A stretch of DNA of 64,000 nucleotides from Nemertoderma westbladi (taxonomy: Eukaryota; Animalia; Xenacoelomorpha). Below the pieces are notes generated by a model. That model saw only the letters and a list, made by a program, of their open reading frames with translations. It made no database searches and had not been told where the DNA came from. The position numbers were made by a program, and so were the translations under genes. The DNA lies in contig JAUCBJ010000533.1 in NCBI GenBank assembly GCA_032718475.1, positions 1-64,000 of the forward strand, written 5' to 3'. Position 1 is the stretch's first letter. Each line of letters starts with the position of its first letter. Positions 1 through 10,140 of the stretch are shown here, in pieces.

Positions 1-59
1 GACAAATACAATTATTATCTGCGTTATTCAGGCTCGGTCTGTGAGTGCACAATAGCTAC

Positions 60-264
60 CTGGAATAAAACTCTCGTGTCCCACACAGTAACATGTCCAT
101 CAGCGCTGCCGGTAGCTATCACTCTGTCGTAGGTAGACGTGCTGAGGATGTTGTGTTCGCAGGGTAACGCTGGGTCCGTCGCCATGGCCACATCCAACGG
201 CACATTAACTGTTGGCTCGCCGCGGACGAACGGGCAATTCGGTTGATGACGTTCGTGTTCCGAC
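60..264 (-). CDS. BIRC6: BIRC6/BRUCE-like exon: C-terminal half of the BIR domain and downstream beta-propeller segment
   Basis: Manual translation: (W)SEHERHQPNCPFVRGEPTVNVPLDVAMATDPALPCEHNILSTSTYDRVIATGSADGHVTVWDTRVLFQ. This resembles the recalled BIRC6 motif WSEHERHSPNCPFVKGEHTQNVPL. Acceptor ctaaAG at 265-266, donor CAG|GTAGCT at 59-58. The phase joins to the 4903-5097 exon (TG+G = Trp). Confidence 0.9.
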
Positions 265-428
265 CTTTAGGTGAACAAAATAAATAAATATTATTGAATC
301 TTGGCTTTATTTCCTCATGGATAGTAAAATTGCTAATATTATAATTATTTGATTAAAATAAAGAAATACATAACTGAATGTTTGGAATGTGAATGTGGAT
401 AAGGTCAGGTCAGGTCCCCAGATCCTGC

Positions 429-881
429 TACCACTATGGCAGTAATGTGGTACTACCTGTAGCTGCCAGCCCAGTAGGGCAGGCCCGATAAGCATAGCCT
501 ATTCATTATTTAGTTGATCAAGAGTGGGTTGGTTCAGCCCCGTCAACTAAATAAGTCATTGAGGGCTATAGCGCCTAGAGCTCCATTGAAGGCAAAGGCT
601 TGATACGCATCTGCATTAGAGATGATACAAGCCCCGCCCTGTCTATACTGGATGCTCCTCTACCAGTGTTAGGTAACCTAACCCAGGAGGCACACTTGGT
701 TCAGGGTGTAACAAATGGACCCCTACAGTCGGCAGCAGGGCTGTAGGCCATGGATAGGCGGAAGGTAATCAACCAACGGCTAGACATGCTGACAAGGTCG
801 GCAGAAGGTAATCAACCAACGGCGACCTACTGCGTAGACGCTTGTAGGAGTTGCGACCACAAGCGGTTTACTCCCGCAACT
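429..881 (+). other. Structured 5' leader of the retrotransposon (multiple stems and candidate pseudoknots)
   Basis: Complementary segments read by eye: 429-434/447-452, 437-442/463-468, 471-476/646-651, 506-517/543-554 (perfect 12 bp), 722-728/741-747, 795-800/823-828, 839-845/859-865, 849-855/875-881. Confidence 0.6.
761..823 (+). repeat. Identical 20-bp direct repeat GAAGGTAATCAACCAACGGC
   Basis: Exact copies at 761-780 and 804-823. Confidence 0.9.
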
Positions 882-888
882 GAAAGAT

Positions 889-3606
889 ATGAGTATGAGA
901 ACCATCCAGGAGAAATACCGGCTCGGTCGTCGCCCGGGTCAACAAGGACCGCGTCCCTCAGTGGTACACCAGGCTGGGGTCGATAAATTGGCTACTGGAA
1001 CAGAAGACAGAGAAGAAAGAAGAACCAACCTGTTGAAATGGATAAAGACACTAAAGATTGCTACAATGAACGCACGCACGCTGAAAGCACAGAGCAAACA
1101 GGGTGACATGGTCGCTCTGGCTATGGAATATAACATCGACATCATCTGCATCCAAGAACATCGGATTTGTCATGAAGACACTGCCATGAAGTACAATGAC
1201 ATTGGAAATGGATGGACGTTAGTAACAAGCTCAGCAGTAAGAAACTCGGCCAATGCATCAATTGGTGGAGTAGGAATTCTGCTAAGCCCATTTGCACTTA
1301 AGACCCTACACAACATCGAATCTATAAATTCCAGGGTTATGATCGCAACATTTGATGGGAATCCCAAGACAACAGTTATATGTTGCTACAGTCCAACCAA
1401 TGCACCAGAGCCAGAACAAGCAGTCAAGTTTTATGAAGAACTGACTGGACTTATTAAGGACATCCCGAAACACAATGTTAAAGTCATTGCTGGTGACCTG
1501 AATGCGCAAATTGGCCCAGAAGACATCAAGGGTTACACCTATAACACCAGTTCTAACAGAAATGGGTACTTACTTTTAGACCTAATGGAAGAATGTGAAT
1601 TGATACCAACAAACAACACATTTGAAAAGAGTAAGGGGAAGCTATGGACCTTTCAATACTCTAATGGAACCAAAGCACAACTGGATTACATCCTTATAAA
1701 CAAAAAGTGGAGAAACAGCATGATCAACTGCGAGGCATACAGCTCGTTCAACCTAATTGGTTCGGACCACAGAATTGTGACTGCAGAGATCAGACTCAGT
1801 TTGAGAGCCAGCAAACCCAGGACAAGCAAGCAAATCAACTATGACTGGGAGAAACTCAGAACTGACAATGCTGTAAAGGATGCTTATACAGTAGAAGTTC
1901 AAAACCACTTTGAAGCACTTCGGTCAATGGATGAAAACCAATCCACCGATTCAATATACCAGAATATAATAACAGCCCAAAAGGAATCAGCTAAGAGGCA
2001 TATCCCCCAGAAACCTAAACGAAAACAGTATGCGCCATGGCAAAACTCTGAGGTTACTTGTAAGAGAGAAGATCTTAAGATAGCCTACAAAGTTAAAACC
2101 GAACAACCAACAACCGAAAACATTAACAAGGTTGAGAAAGCTAAGGACGATCTTAAATTAGCCTACAACATCAGCCAGGAAAAGTACATACAGGATAAAA
2201 CTGAAGCAATTACAACTACTCACATACAGCAACAATCAAGACTTACCTGGCAAACTGTAAATGAGGTATCTGGTCGGAAAGGTTGTGCAAAGGGGCGCCT
2301 CAAAGCCGATAGTCCTGAAGAACGTGTTGGGAAGTGGAAAAATCACTTCAGCAACTTGCTTGGGCAGCCGCCAAACATTGAGGTCAGCCCTACAAGGAAA
2401 ATATATGACAAGACACTACCTATAGAAACAGGGGACTTCACACCTGCCGAACTCCAAAGAAGCATTAAAAGCATGTCCAATAATAAAGCGACCGGATTGG
2501 ATGAAATCCCAGCGGAGGTATGGAAAACCGGAGTGCTAAATAGACCATTATTGAATGTTTGCAACCGGATGTTAAAAGGGGAAAAGCCACCACCAATTTG
2601 GACTAAAGGTCAACTAAAGCCTCTCCCCAAGAAAGGAGACCTCGGCATACCAACAAACTATCGTGGGATCTGTCTGCTTGTGGTAGCTGCCAAAATATAC
2701 AATAAAATGATTCTATATAGGATTAGGCCTCACATAGAGAAACTACTGCGTAAGAGCCAAAACGGATTTCGACCAAGTAGATCAACAATAGCTCAGATAC
2801 TTGCACTACGGAGACTGATTGAAGGAATTAAGTCAAAGAATCTCCCCGCAGTCATGACTTTTGTGGACTTCAAGAAGGCATTCGACTCCATCCATAGAGG
2901 TAAAATGCTTGAAATCATAAGAGCTTATGGAATACCAGAAGTAATTGTTGCTGGCATTGGATTGTTATATTGTGACACAGAAGCGCAGGTACTCTCACCA
3001 GATGGTGAAACTGAGTTTTTCTCAATCCTGGCTGGCGTACTGCAAGGTGACACATTAGCACCATTAATATTTGTAATTGTGCTGGATTACGCAATGAGGA
3101 CGGCCACAAAGGGTGAAGACCTGGGATTCACACTTCGAGAACGCAGAAGTAGTAGATATCCGGCAACTACAGTCACAGACACCGACTTTGCGGATGACAT
3201 CGCCCTGCTCTCTAATACGCTAGCAGATGCACAGCTTCTACTAAATAAAGTGGAGAGGGCTGCTAAGGAGGTTGGATTGCAAATGCTACCAAGACCGAAT
3301 TCATGACCTTTAATGTTGATGGAAACTTGACAACCATTGATAATAATCAACTAAGGAAGGTCGATGACTTCCAGTACCTTGGATCATGGATAGAGAGTAG
3401 CAAAAAGGACATAGAAGTTAGGAAAGCAAAGGCTAGGGTAGCTATATCAAAAATGGATACCATCTGGAAATCAGATCTCCCCAGGCACCTGAAGACTAAG
3501 TTCGTTCGAGCCACAGTGGAAAGTGTATTTTTATACGGGGGTGAGACCTGGACACTGACTAAATCACTTGAACAACGAATTGATGGTTGCTACACAAGAC
3601 TACTAT
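889..3606 (+). pseudogene. Endonuclease-reverse transcriptase ORF of the LINE, frameshifted at ~3282 and C-terminally deleted
   Basis: 805-aa ORF 889-3306 has APE motifs (ATMNART, CIQEHR, AGDLNA, LDYIL, GSDH) and RT motifs (PKKGD, NYRGI, QNGFR, FVDFKKAFDS, GVLQGDTLAP, DFADD). Homology continues in another frame from 3282 (NATKTEFM...FQYLGS...YGGETWTLT...DGCYTRLL) and then breaks off. Confidence 0.9.
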
Positions 3607-3618
3607 CTCATTTCCACT

Positions 3619-3651
3619 GTCCGAGTTCGCTCGACTTAGTAGTAGTAGTAG
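3619..3651 (+). repeat. LINE 3' end: CGAG-TTCG-CTCG hairpin plus (TAG)5 tail
   Basis: Stem 3622-3625/3630-3633 with a TTCG loop. TAG x5 at 3637-3651, followed by AT-rich intron. Confidence 0.7.
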
Positions 3652-4520
3652 GTATATTCAAACAAATTTAAACATAAGCAAATACAATGCAATACAAAAC
3701 AATTATTTTTATAATTTGTATCATATTCATTCATAATATTATGAATATGATAAAGTCTATAAAGCAGAGCTATAATTTTATGACAATCTACATGCTGAGC
3801 TGACTGACTACTTTTTTTGCCAAGAATATTTGTATTTGGTTGAGCTCAGCCTCAATAACACTAAATATATATATAATAAATAGTACATGTATACCCATAT
3901 ACTAATTATAACTAGTCAATAATTATTATATTGTCCCAGAGCGCAAGCGTTAATTTTGGTCTAGGTAGGTTTGATATAAATTGATATTAAGCCCCCGAAT
4001 GACCAGTTTATATATTCGAGAGGCAATTTAGAAATTCTAGTAAATCCATTTTATCCCAGAGGCAGAGAGTATAAAAAAACTACAGCTACTGTATTACTTC
4101 GTTCTATTAATCAATTTGCAATTTATTTATCGAATCAATCCATTATATCAAATATCAAATCGTCGTTATAATCTTACTCAAATCGTCGTATCAAATAGAG
4201 GTTATGGTACAAAAATATTAGTTTCTCTCCACGATCCGGAAGTAGACGAGAGCGTTTCTCATCAAATACATCACCAGCCTCTACAAATATTCGCGCGGAA
4301 TAAATACGCGGAATAAATTGAAGACGCTGGTGATACTAAATATACATGTACAAGTATTTGTAAATTAGGAAACGCTCTTCTCGTCCCGTTTATTTGGGAT
4401 AATTGACATACTTATCTACTTCTGAATTCATTCTGTAAAGTAGTAATGTTAATAAAGTCAAATTCCTTATCATGACCTTGCTGATAGATAATGATCCAGC
4501 ACGTTATCTATCGACGCAGC

Positions 4521-4568
4521 CCAACGCCCTAACGACCTAACGCCCAAAGGACCAAACGACGTGGTACC
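4521..4568. repeat. Five degenerate 8-bp units followed by GTGGTACC; possible subterminal repeats of a DNA-transposon remnant
   Basis: ccaacgcc/ctaacgac/ctaacgcc/caaaggac/caaacgac. The TE origin is inference only. Confidence 0.4.
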
Positions 4569-4644
4569 CTCCCTCCATCCAGTTCTGTTCATGCACAAAG
4601 GTACCATATAGCTGATTCAAGGAAAAAGGTGGTAATATATTAAA

Positions 4645-4729
4645 AATCCGGCTTTGATCGGAATTCCGGCCGGATCCGCTCCGGCTCCGGCCTGGCCGGT
4701 TTGAAAATAGTCAATCCGGCACATCCCTA
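4645..4729. mobile_element. One end of a non-autonomous hAT-like DNA transposon
   Basis: Cluster of CCGG motifs ending in ATCCGGCACATCCCTA (reverse complement TAGGGATGTGCCGGAT), the TAGGGATG-type terminus common in animal hAT MITEs. No partner TIR seen. Confidence 0.5.
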
Positions 4730-4739
4730 GTTATAATCA

Positions 4740-4850
4740 AGCAAGAGGCGACCCAAAGTCTCCTCGTTCGATATCTGCTCTCCAATCCAAAGATTTGCTC
4801 CCAGTAACTCAACTAGGTACTCATTGTATCGACCAACTGAGCTAGCCCCA
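4740..4850 (-). mobile_element. tRNA-derived SINE remnant
   Basis: The minus strand reads GGGGCTAGCTCAGTTGGTCGATACAATGAGTACC: a tRNA A-box (TAGCTCAGTTGG) fused to a GGTCGATAnAATGAGTACC motif that I recall from invertebrate SINE bodies. No B-box. Confidence 0.45.
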
Positions 4851-4902
4851 CCTTTTTCTATCAAACATTTTCTATATTTTATCTAACCAAATGAATACTA
4901 AC

Positions 4903-5097
4903 CAAGGTTCATCCGATGCTTCCCAAGTAATTAAACTGACGTGGCAACAGAAACAGAGAGCCCTGTCCTCGCCCGGGTGGGTGGGGTGATGGTAGAAGCC
5001 AGCGGCGGCCATCGCGTCAGGGAGGGCCCACTTATAGCCCATGTGGGGCCACGAGGTGAACGTCTCACGCCTACACCACTCACTACCCATCTGGTAT
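4903..5097 (-). CDS. BIRC6: BIRC6/BRUCE-like exon: N-terminal part of the BIR domain
   Basis: YQMGSEWCRRETFTSWPHMGYKWALPDAMAAAGFYHHPTHPGEDRALCFCCHVSLITWEASDEP(W). RRETFTSWPH is characteristic of BIRC6. With the next exon it completes C-x2-C-x16-H-x6-C. Acceptor ctttttAG at 5098-5099, donor TG|GTTAGT. Confidence 0.93.
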
Positions 5098-5419
5098 CTA
5101 AAAAGGGAGTCAATGATCATCTATTCAACCAATTTAACAAAAAGTAATATCTAAATTTGATGAAGCTCTGGTTGGTTTTGTTCAGTTTGTGACATGTTTT
5201 TAACTCACAGAATTTCTCAAGACAACATCAAATATATTTAAGTAGGCACCCGAAAATTTATATTAATAAACAAAAATTAAATAAAACCCGGAAATTCTAT
5301 CTTTACAAGCTGAATCCAGATGTAAGAGTGGCTAAAACCACGAGTTCAGCCAGATCCCCAGAGGAGACGCTTTCCGAACTCCTCATGACTCGGAATTTGA
5401 AGCACCACAACCTACTAAC

Positions 5420-5543
5420 CCCCGTGCGTCCGGCTCATTGGCACTCTGGTCCAACTCCAACAAGCGATTGAGAAGGGCCCCTATGGTCGGTAGAAACGTA
5501 GACATTGATTTCCTATTGCTGTTCGAAATATTGGAAATATTGC
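5420..5543 (-). CDS. BIRC6: BIRC6-like exon upstream of the BIR domain
   Basis: (G)NISNISNSNRKSMSTFLPTIGALLNRLLELDQSANEPDAR(G). Acceptor tttattatAG at 5544-5545, donor GG|GTTAGT. Phases fit both neighbouring exons. Confidence 0.75.
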
Positions 5544-5797
5544 CTATAATAAAATATAAATAGGGCCTGTAGGACACTGCAAATATTAAAAAAATGGTTT
5601 ATAATTATTAATAAACGATGACATATTTTCCATTGTAAGAATAAATAAAGTACGTCACACTTAATAAGGTGTGTAACAGTTTTACTAAATAAATCCGTGT
5701 TGGTTTGTTACATTACATTTACAACATTGCACATTACTCAGCAATAACCAACTTAAGTGTGTTGTAATTAGTTTTAATACAAAATTGTTAATCTTAC

Positions 5798-5975
5798 CGG
5801 CGATATCTAGACAAACGTCGCGTAGTGATTCCAACGGGACAACCAGTAAGACGGTGAACCACTTGGTAAGTTTGTTTGCGAGTCTCGAGTCGACGGGGTG
5901 TTGGGAATCAGCTGCAAACACTGAGTTCTCCCGTTGTAGTTCGAGTTTGAGAACAGATTCTAAATCAGCACCGGC
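5798..5975 (-). CDS. BIRC6: BIRC6-like exon whose acceptor and first 19 nt overlap the terminal satellite monomer
   Basis: AGADLESVLKLELQRENSVFAADSQHPVDSRLANKLTKWFTVLLVVPLESLRDVCLDIA(G). The NKLTKWFTV segment resembles the recalled BIRC6 HKVAKWATV. Donor G|GTAAGA at 5797, acceptor TTCTCTCTCTCTAG|G at 5976-5977. An alternative acceptor TTTAG at 5960-5961 cannot be excluded. Confidence 0.75.
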
Positions 5976-8900
5976 CTAGAGAGAGAGAACAAAGCCAATT
6001 CTAAATAAGCACCGTCCCAGAGAGAGAACAAAGCCAATTCCAAATCAGCATCGTCCTAGAGAGAGAGAACAAAGCCAATTCTAAATCAGCATCGTCCTAG
6101 AGAGAGAACAAAGCCAATTCCAAATCAGCATCGGCCTAGAGAGAACAAAGCCAATTCTAAATCAGCATCGGCCTAGAGAGAGAACAAAGCCAATTCTAAA
6201 TCAGCATCGTCCTAGAGAGAGAACAAAGCCAATTCTAAATCAGCATCGTCCTAGAGAGAGAACAAAGCCAATTCTAAATCAGCATCGGTCCTAGAGAGAG
6301 AACAAAGCCAATTCTAAATCAGCATCGTCCTAGAGAGAGAACAAAGCCAATTCTAAATCAGCACCGGTCCTAGAGAGAGAACAAAGCCAATTCTAAATCA
6401 GCATCGTCCTAGAGAGAGAACAAAGCCAATTCTAAATCAGCATCGTCCTAGAGAGAGAACAAAGCCAATTCTAAATCAGCATCGTCCTAGAGAGAGAACA
6501 AAGCCAATTCTAAATCAGCATCGGTCCTAGAGAGAGAACAAAGCCAATTCTAAATCAGCATCGTCCTAGAGAGAGAACAAAGCCAATTCTAAATCAGCAT
6601 CGGTCCTAGAGAGAGAACAAAGCCAATTCTAAATCAGCACCGTCCTGAGAGAGAGAACAAAGCCAATTCTAAATCAGCATCGCCCTAGAGAGAGAGAACA
6701 AAGCCAATTCTAAATCAGCATCGTCCTAGAGAGAGAACAAAGCCAATTCTAAATCAGCATCGTCCTAGAGAGAGAGAACAAAGCCAATTCTAAATCAGCA
6801 ACGGTCTAGAGAGAGAGAGAACAAAGCCAATTCTAAATCAGCATCGTCCTAGAGAGAGAACAAAGCCAATTCTAAATCAGCATCGTCCTAGAGAGAGAGA
6901 ACAAAGCCAATTCTAAATCAGCATCGGCCTAGAGAGAGAACAAAGCCAATTCTAAATCAGCATCGGCCTAGAGAGAGAACAAAGCCAATTCTAAATCAGC
7001 ATCGGCCTAGAGAGAGAACAAAGCCAATTCTAAATCAGCATCGGCCTAGAGAGAGAACAAAGCCAATTCTAAATCAGCATCGGCCTAGAGAGAGAACAAA
7101 GCCAATTCTAAATCAGAATCGTCCTAGAGAGAGAACAAAGCCAATTCCAAATCAGCATCGGCCTAGAGAGAGAACAAAGCCAATTCTAAATAAGCACCGG
7201 CTTAGAGAGAGAACAAAGCCAATTCTAAATCAGCATCGTCCTAGAGAGAGAGAACAAAGCCAATTCTAAATCAGCATCGTCCTAGAGAGAGAACAAAGCC
7301 AATTCTAAATCAGCATCGTCCTAGAGAGAGAGAACAAAGCCAATTCTAAATCAGCATCGGTCCTAGAGAGAGAACAAAGCCAATTCTAAATCAGCATCGT
7401 CCTAGAGAGAGAACAAAGCCAATTCTAAATCAGCATCGTCCTAGAGAGAGAACAAAGCCAATTCTAAATCAGCATCGGTCCTGAGAGAGAGAACAAAGCC
7501 AATTCTAAATCAGCATCGTCCTAGAGAGAGAACAAAGCCAATTCTAAATCAGCATCGTCTTAGAGAGAGAGAACAAAGCCAATTCTAAATCAGCATCGTC
7601 CTAGAGAGAGAGAACAAAGCCAATTCTAAATCAGCATCGGCCTAGAGAGAGAACAAAGCCAATTCTAAATCAGCATCGTCCTAGAGAGAGAACAAAGCCA
7701 ATTCTAAATCAGCATCGTCCTAGAGAGAGAACAAAGCCAATTCTAAATAGCATCGGCCTAGAGAGAGAACAAAGCCAATTCTAAATCAGCATCGTCCTAG
7801 AGAGAGAACAAAGCCAATTCTAAATCAGAATCGTCCAGAGAGAGAACAAAGCCAATTCTAAATCAGCATCGTCCTAGAGAGAGAGAACAAAGCCAATTCT
7901 AAATCAGCATCGGCCTAGAGAGAGAACAAAGCCAATTCTAAATCAGCATCGGTCTAGAGAGAGAACAAAGCCAATTCTAAATCAGCATCGTCCTAGAGAG
8001 AGAACAAAGCCAATTCTAAATCAGCATCGTCCTAGAGAGAGAACAAAGCCAATTCTAAATCAGCATCGGCCTAGAGAGAGAACAAAGCCAATTCTAAATC
8101 AGCATCGTCCTAGAGAGAGAACAAAGCCAATTCTAAATCAGCATCGTCCTAGAGAGAGAACAAAGCCAATTCTAAATCAGCATCGTCCTAGAGAGAGAAC
8201 AAAGCCAATTCTAAATCAGCATCGTCCTAAGAGAGAGAACAAAGCCAATTCTAAATCAGCATCGTCCTAGAGAGAGAACAAAGCCAATTCTAAATCAGCA
8301 TCGTCCTAGAGAGAGAACAAAGCCAATTCTAAATCAGCATCGGCCTAGAGAGAGAACAAAGCCAATTCTAAATCAGCATCGTCCTAGAGAGAGAACAAAG
8401 CCAATTCTAAATCAGCATCGCCCTAGAGAGAGAACAAAGCCAATTCCAAATCAGCATCGTCCTAGAGAGAGAGAACAAAGCCAATTCTAAATCAGCATCG
8501 TCCTAGAGAGAGAACAAAGCCAATTCTAAATCAGCACCGTCCTAGAGAGAGAGAACAAAGCCAATTCTAAATCAGCATCGTCCTAGAGAGAGAACAAAGC
8601 CAATTCTAAATCAGCATCGTCCTAGAGAGAGAACAAAGCCAATTCTAAATCAGCATCGGCCTAGAGAGAGAACAAAGCCAATTCTAAATCAGCATCGTCC
8701 TAGAGAGAGAACAAAGCCAATTCTAAATCAGCATCGGCCTAGAGAGAGAACAAAGCCAATTCTAAATCAGCATCGTCCTAGAGAGAGAACAAAGCCAATT
8801 CTAAATCAGCATCGTCCTAGAGAGAGAACAAAGCCAATTCTAAATCAGCATCGTCCTAGAGAGAGAACAAAGCCAATTCTAAATCAGCATCGTCCTAGAG

Positions 8901-9239
8901 AGAGAACAAAGCCAATTCTAAATAAGCATCGGCCTAGAGAGAGAACAAAGCCAATTCTAAATCAGCATCGTCCTAGAGAGAGAACAAAGCCAATTCTAAA
9001 TCAGCATCGTCCTAGAGAGAGAGAACAAAGCCAATTCTAAATCAGCATCGTCCTAGAGAGAGAACAAAGACAATTCTAAATCAGAATCGTCCCAGAGAGA
9101 GAACAAAGCCAATTCTAAATCAGCATCGTCCTAGAGAGAGAACAAAGCCAATTCTAAATCAGAATCGTCCTAGAGAGAGAGAACAAAGCCAATTCTAAAT
9201 AAGCACCGGCTTAGAGAGAGAACAAAGCCAATTCCAAAT

Positions 9240-10140
9240 CAGCATCGTCCTAGAGAGAGAACAAAGCCAATTCTAAATCAGCATCGTCCTAGAGAGAGAA
9301 CAAAGCCAATTCTAAATCAGCATCGGTCTAGAGAGAGAACAAAGCCAATTCTAAATCAGCATCGGCCTAGAGAGAGAACAAAGCCAATTCTAAATCAGCA
9401 CCGTCCTAGAGAGAGAGAACAAAGCCAATTCAAAATCAGAATCGTCCTAGAGAGAGAACAAAGCCAATTCTAAATAAGCACCGGCTTAGAGAGAGAACAA
9501 AGCCAATTCCAAATCAGCATCGGCCTAGAGAGAGAACAAAGCCAATTCTAAATCAGCATCGTCCTAGAGAGAGAACAAAGCCAATTCTAAATCAGCATCG
9601 TCCTAGAGAGAGAACAAAGCCAATTCTAAATCAGCATCGTCCTAGAGAGAGAACAAAGCCAATTCTAAATCAGCATCGGTCTAGAGAGAGAACAAAGCCA
9701 ATTCTAAATCAGCATCGGCCTAGAGAGAGAACAAAGCCAATTCTAAATCAGCACCGTCCTAGAGAGAGAGAACAAAGCCAATTCAAAATCAGAATCGTCC
9801 TAGAGAGAGAACAAAGCCAATTCTAAATAAGCACCGGCTTAGAGAGAGAACAAAGCCAATTCCAAATCAGCATCGGCCTAGAGAGAGAACAAAGCCAATT
9901 CTAAATCAGCATCGTCCTAGAGAGAGAACAAAGCCAATTCTAAATCAGCATCGTCCTAGAGAGAGAACAAAGCCAATTCTAAATCAGCATCGTCCTAGAG
10001 AGAGAACAAAGCCAATTCTAAATCAGCATCGGTCTAGAGAGAGAACAAAGCCAATTCTAAATCAGCATCGGCCTAGAGAGAGAACAAAGCCAATTCTAAA
10101 TCAGCACCGTCCTAGAGAGAGAGAACAAAGCCAATTCAAA
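9240..10140. repeat. Local 9-monomer (353 bp) higher-order repeat
   Basis: The rare variant ttCAAAatc recurs at 9431, 9784 and 10137, a spacing of 353 = 8x39+41. Confidence 0.85.

Larger units (their letters stand above)
400..3651 (+). mobile_element. RTE-like non-LTR retrotransposon (LINE), intronic, antisense to the host gene; 5' boundary approximate
   Basis: Single APE+RT ORF, a ~480-nt more GC-rich structured leader that contrasts with the AT-rich intron, and a 3' hairpin followed by a (TAG)5 tail at 3637-3651. Clade assignment is inferred from the single-ORF layout and microsatellite tail. No TSD found. Confidence 0.88.

Noticed and set aside
307-3350. Short ORFs overlapping the LINE on either strand
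   Set aside because: Shadow frames of the APE-RT ORF or the leader, with no recognisable motifs.
360-3700. Target-site duplication flanking the LINE
   Set aside because: No convincing direct repeat between the sequence after the (TAG)n tail and the region upstream of ~420.
4116-4316. 66-aa plus-strand ORF
   Set aside because: Non-ATG start, AT-rich intronic context, no motifs.
4830-4850. tRNA gene
   Set aside because: Only an A-box-like segment is present, with no cloverleaf or B-box.
5300-5419. Extra exon in the relatively GC-rich part of the 5098-5419 intron
   Set aside because: The flanking exons already join in frame, read-through hits a stop at 5383, and there is no recognisable homology.
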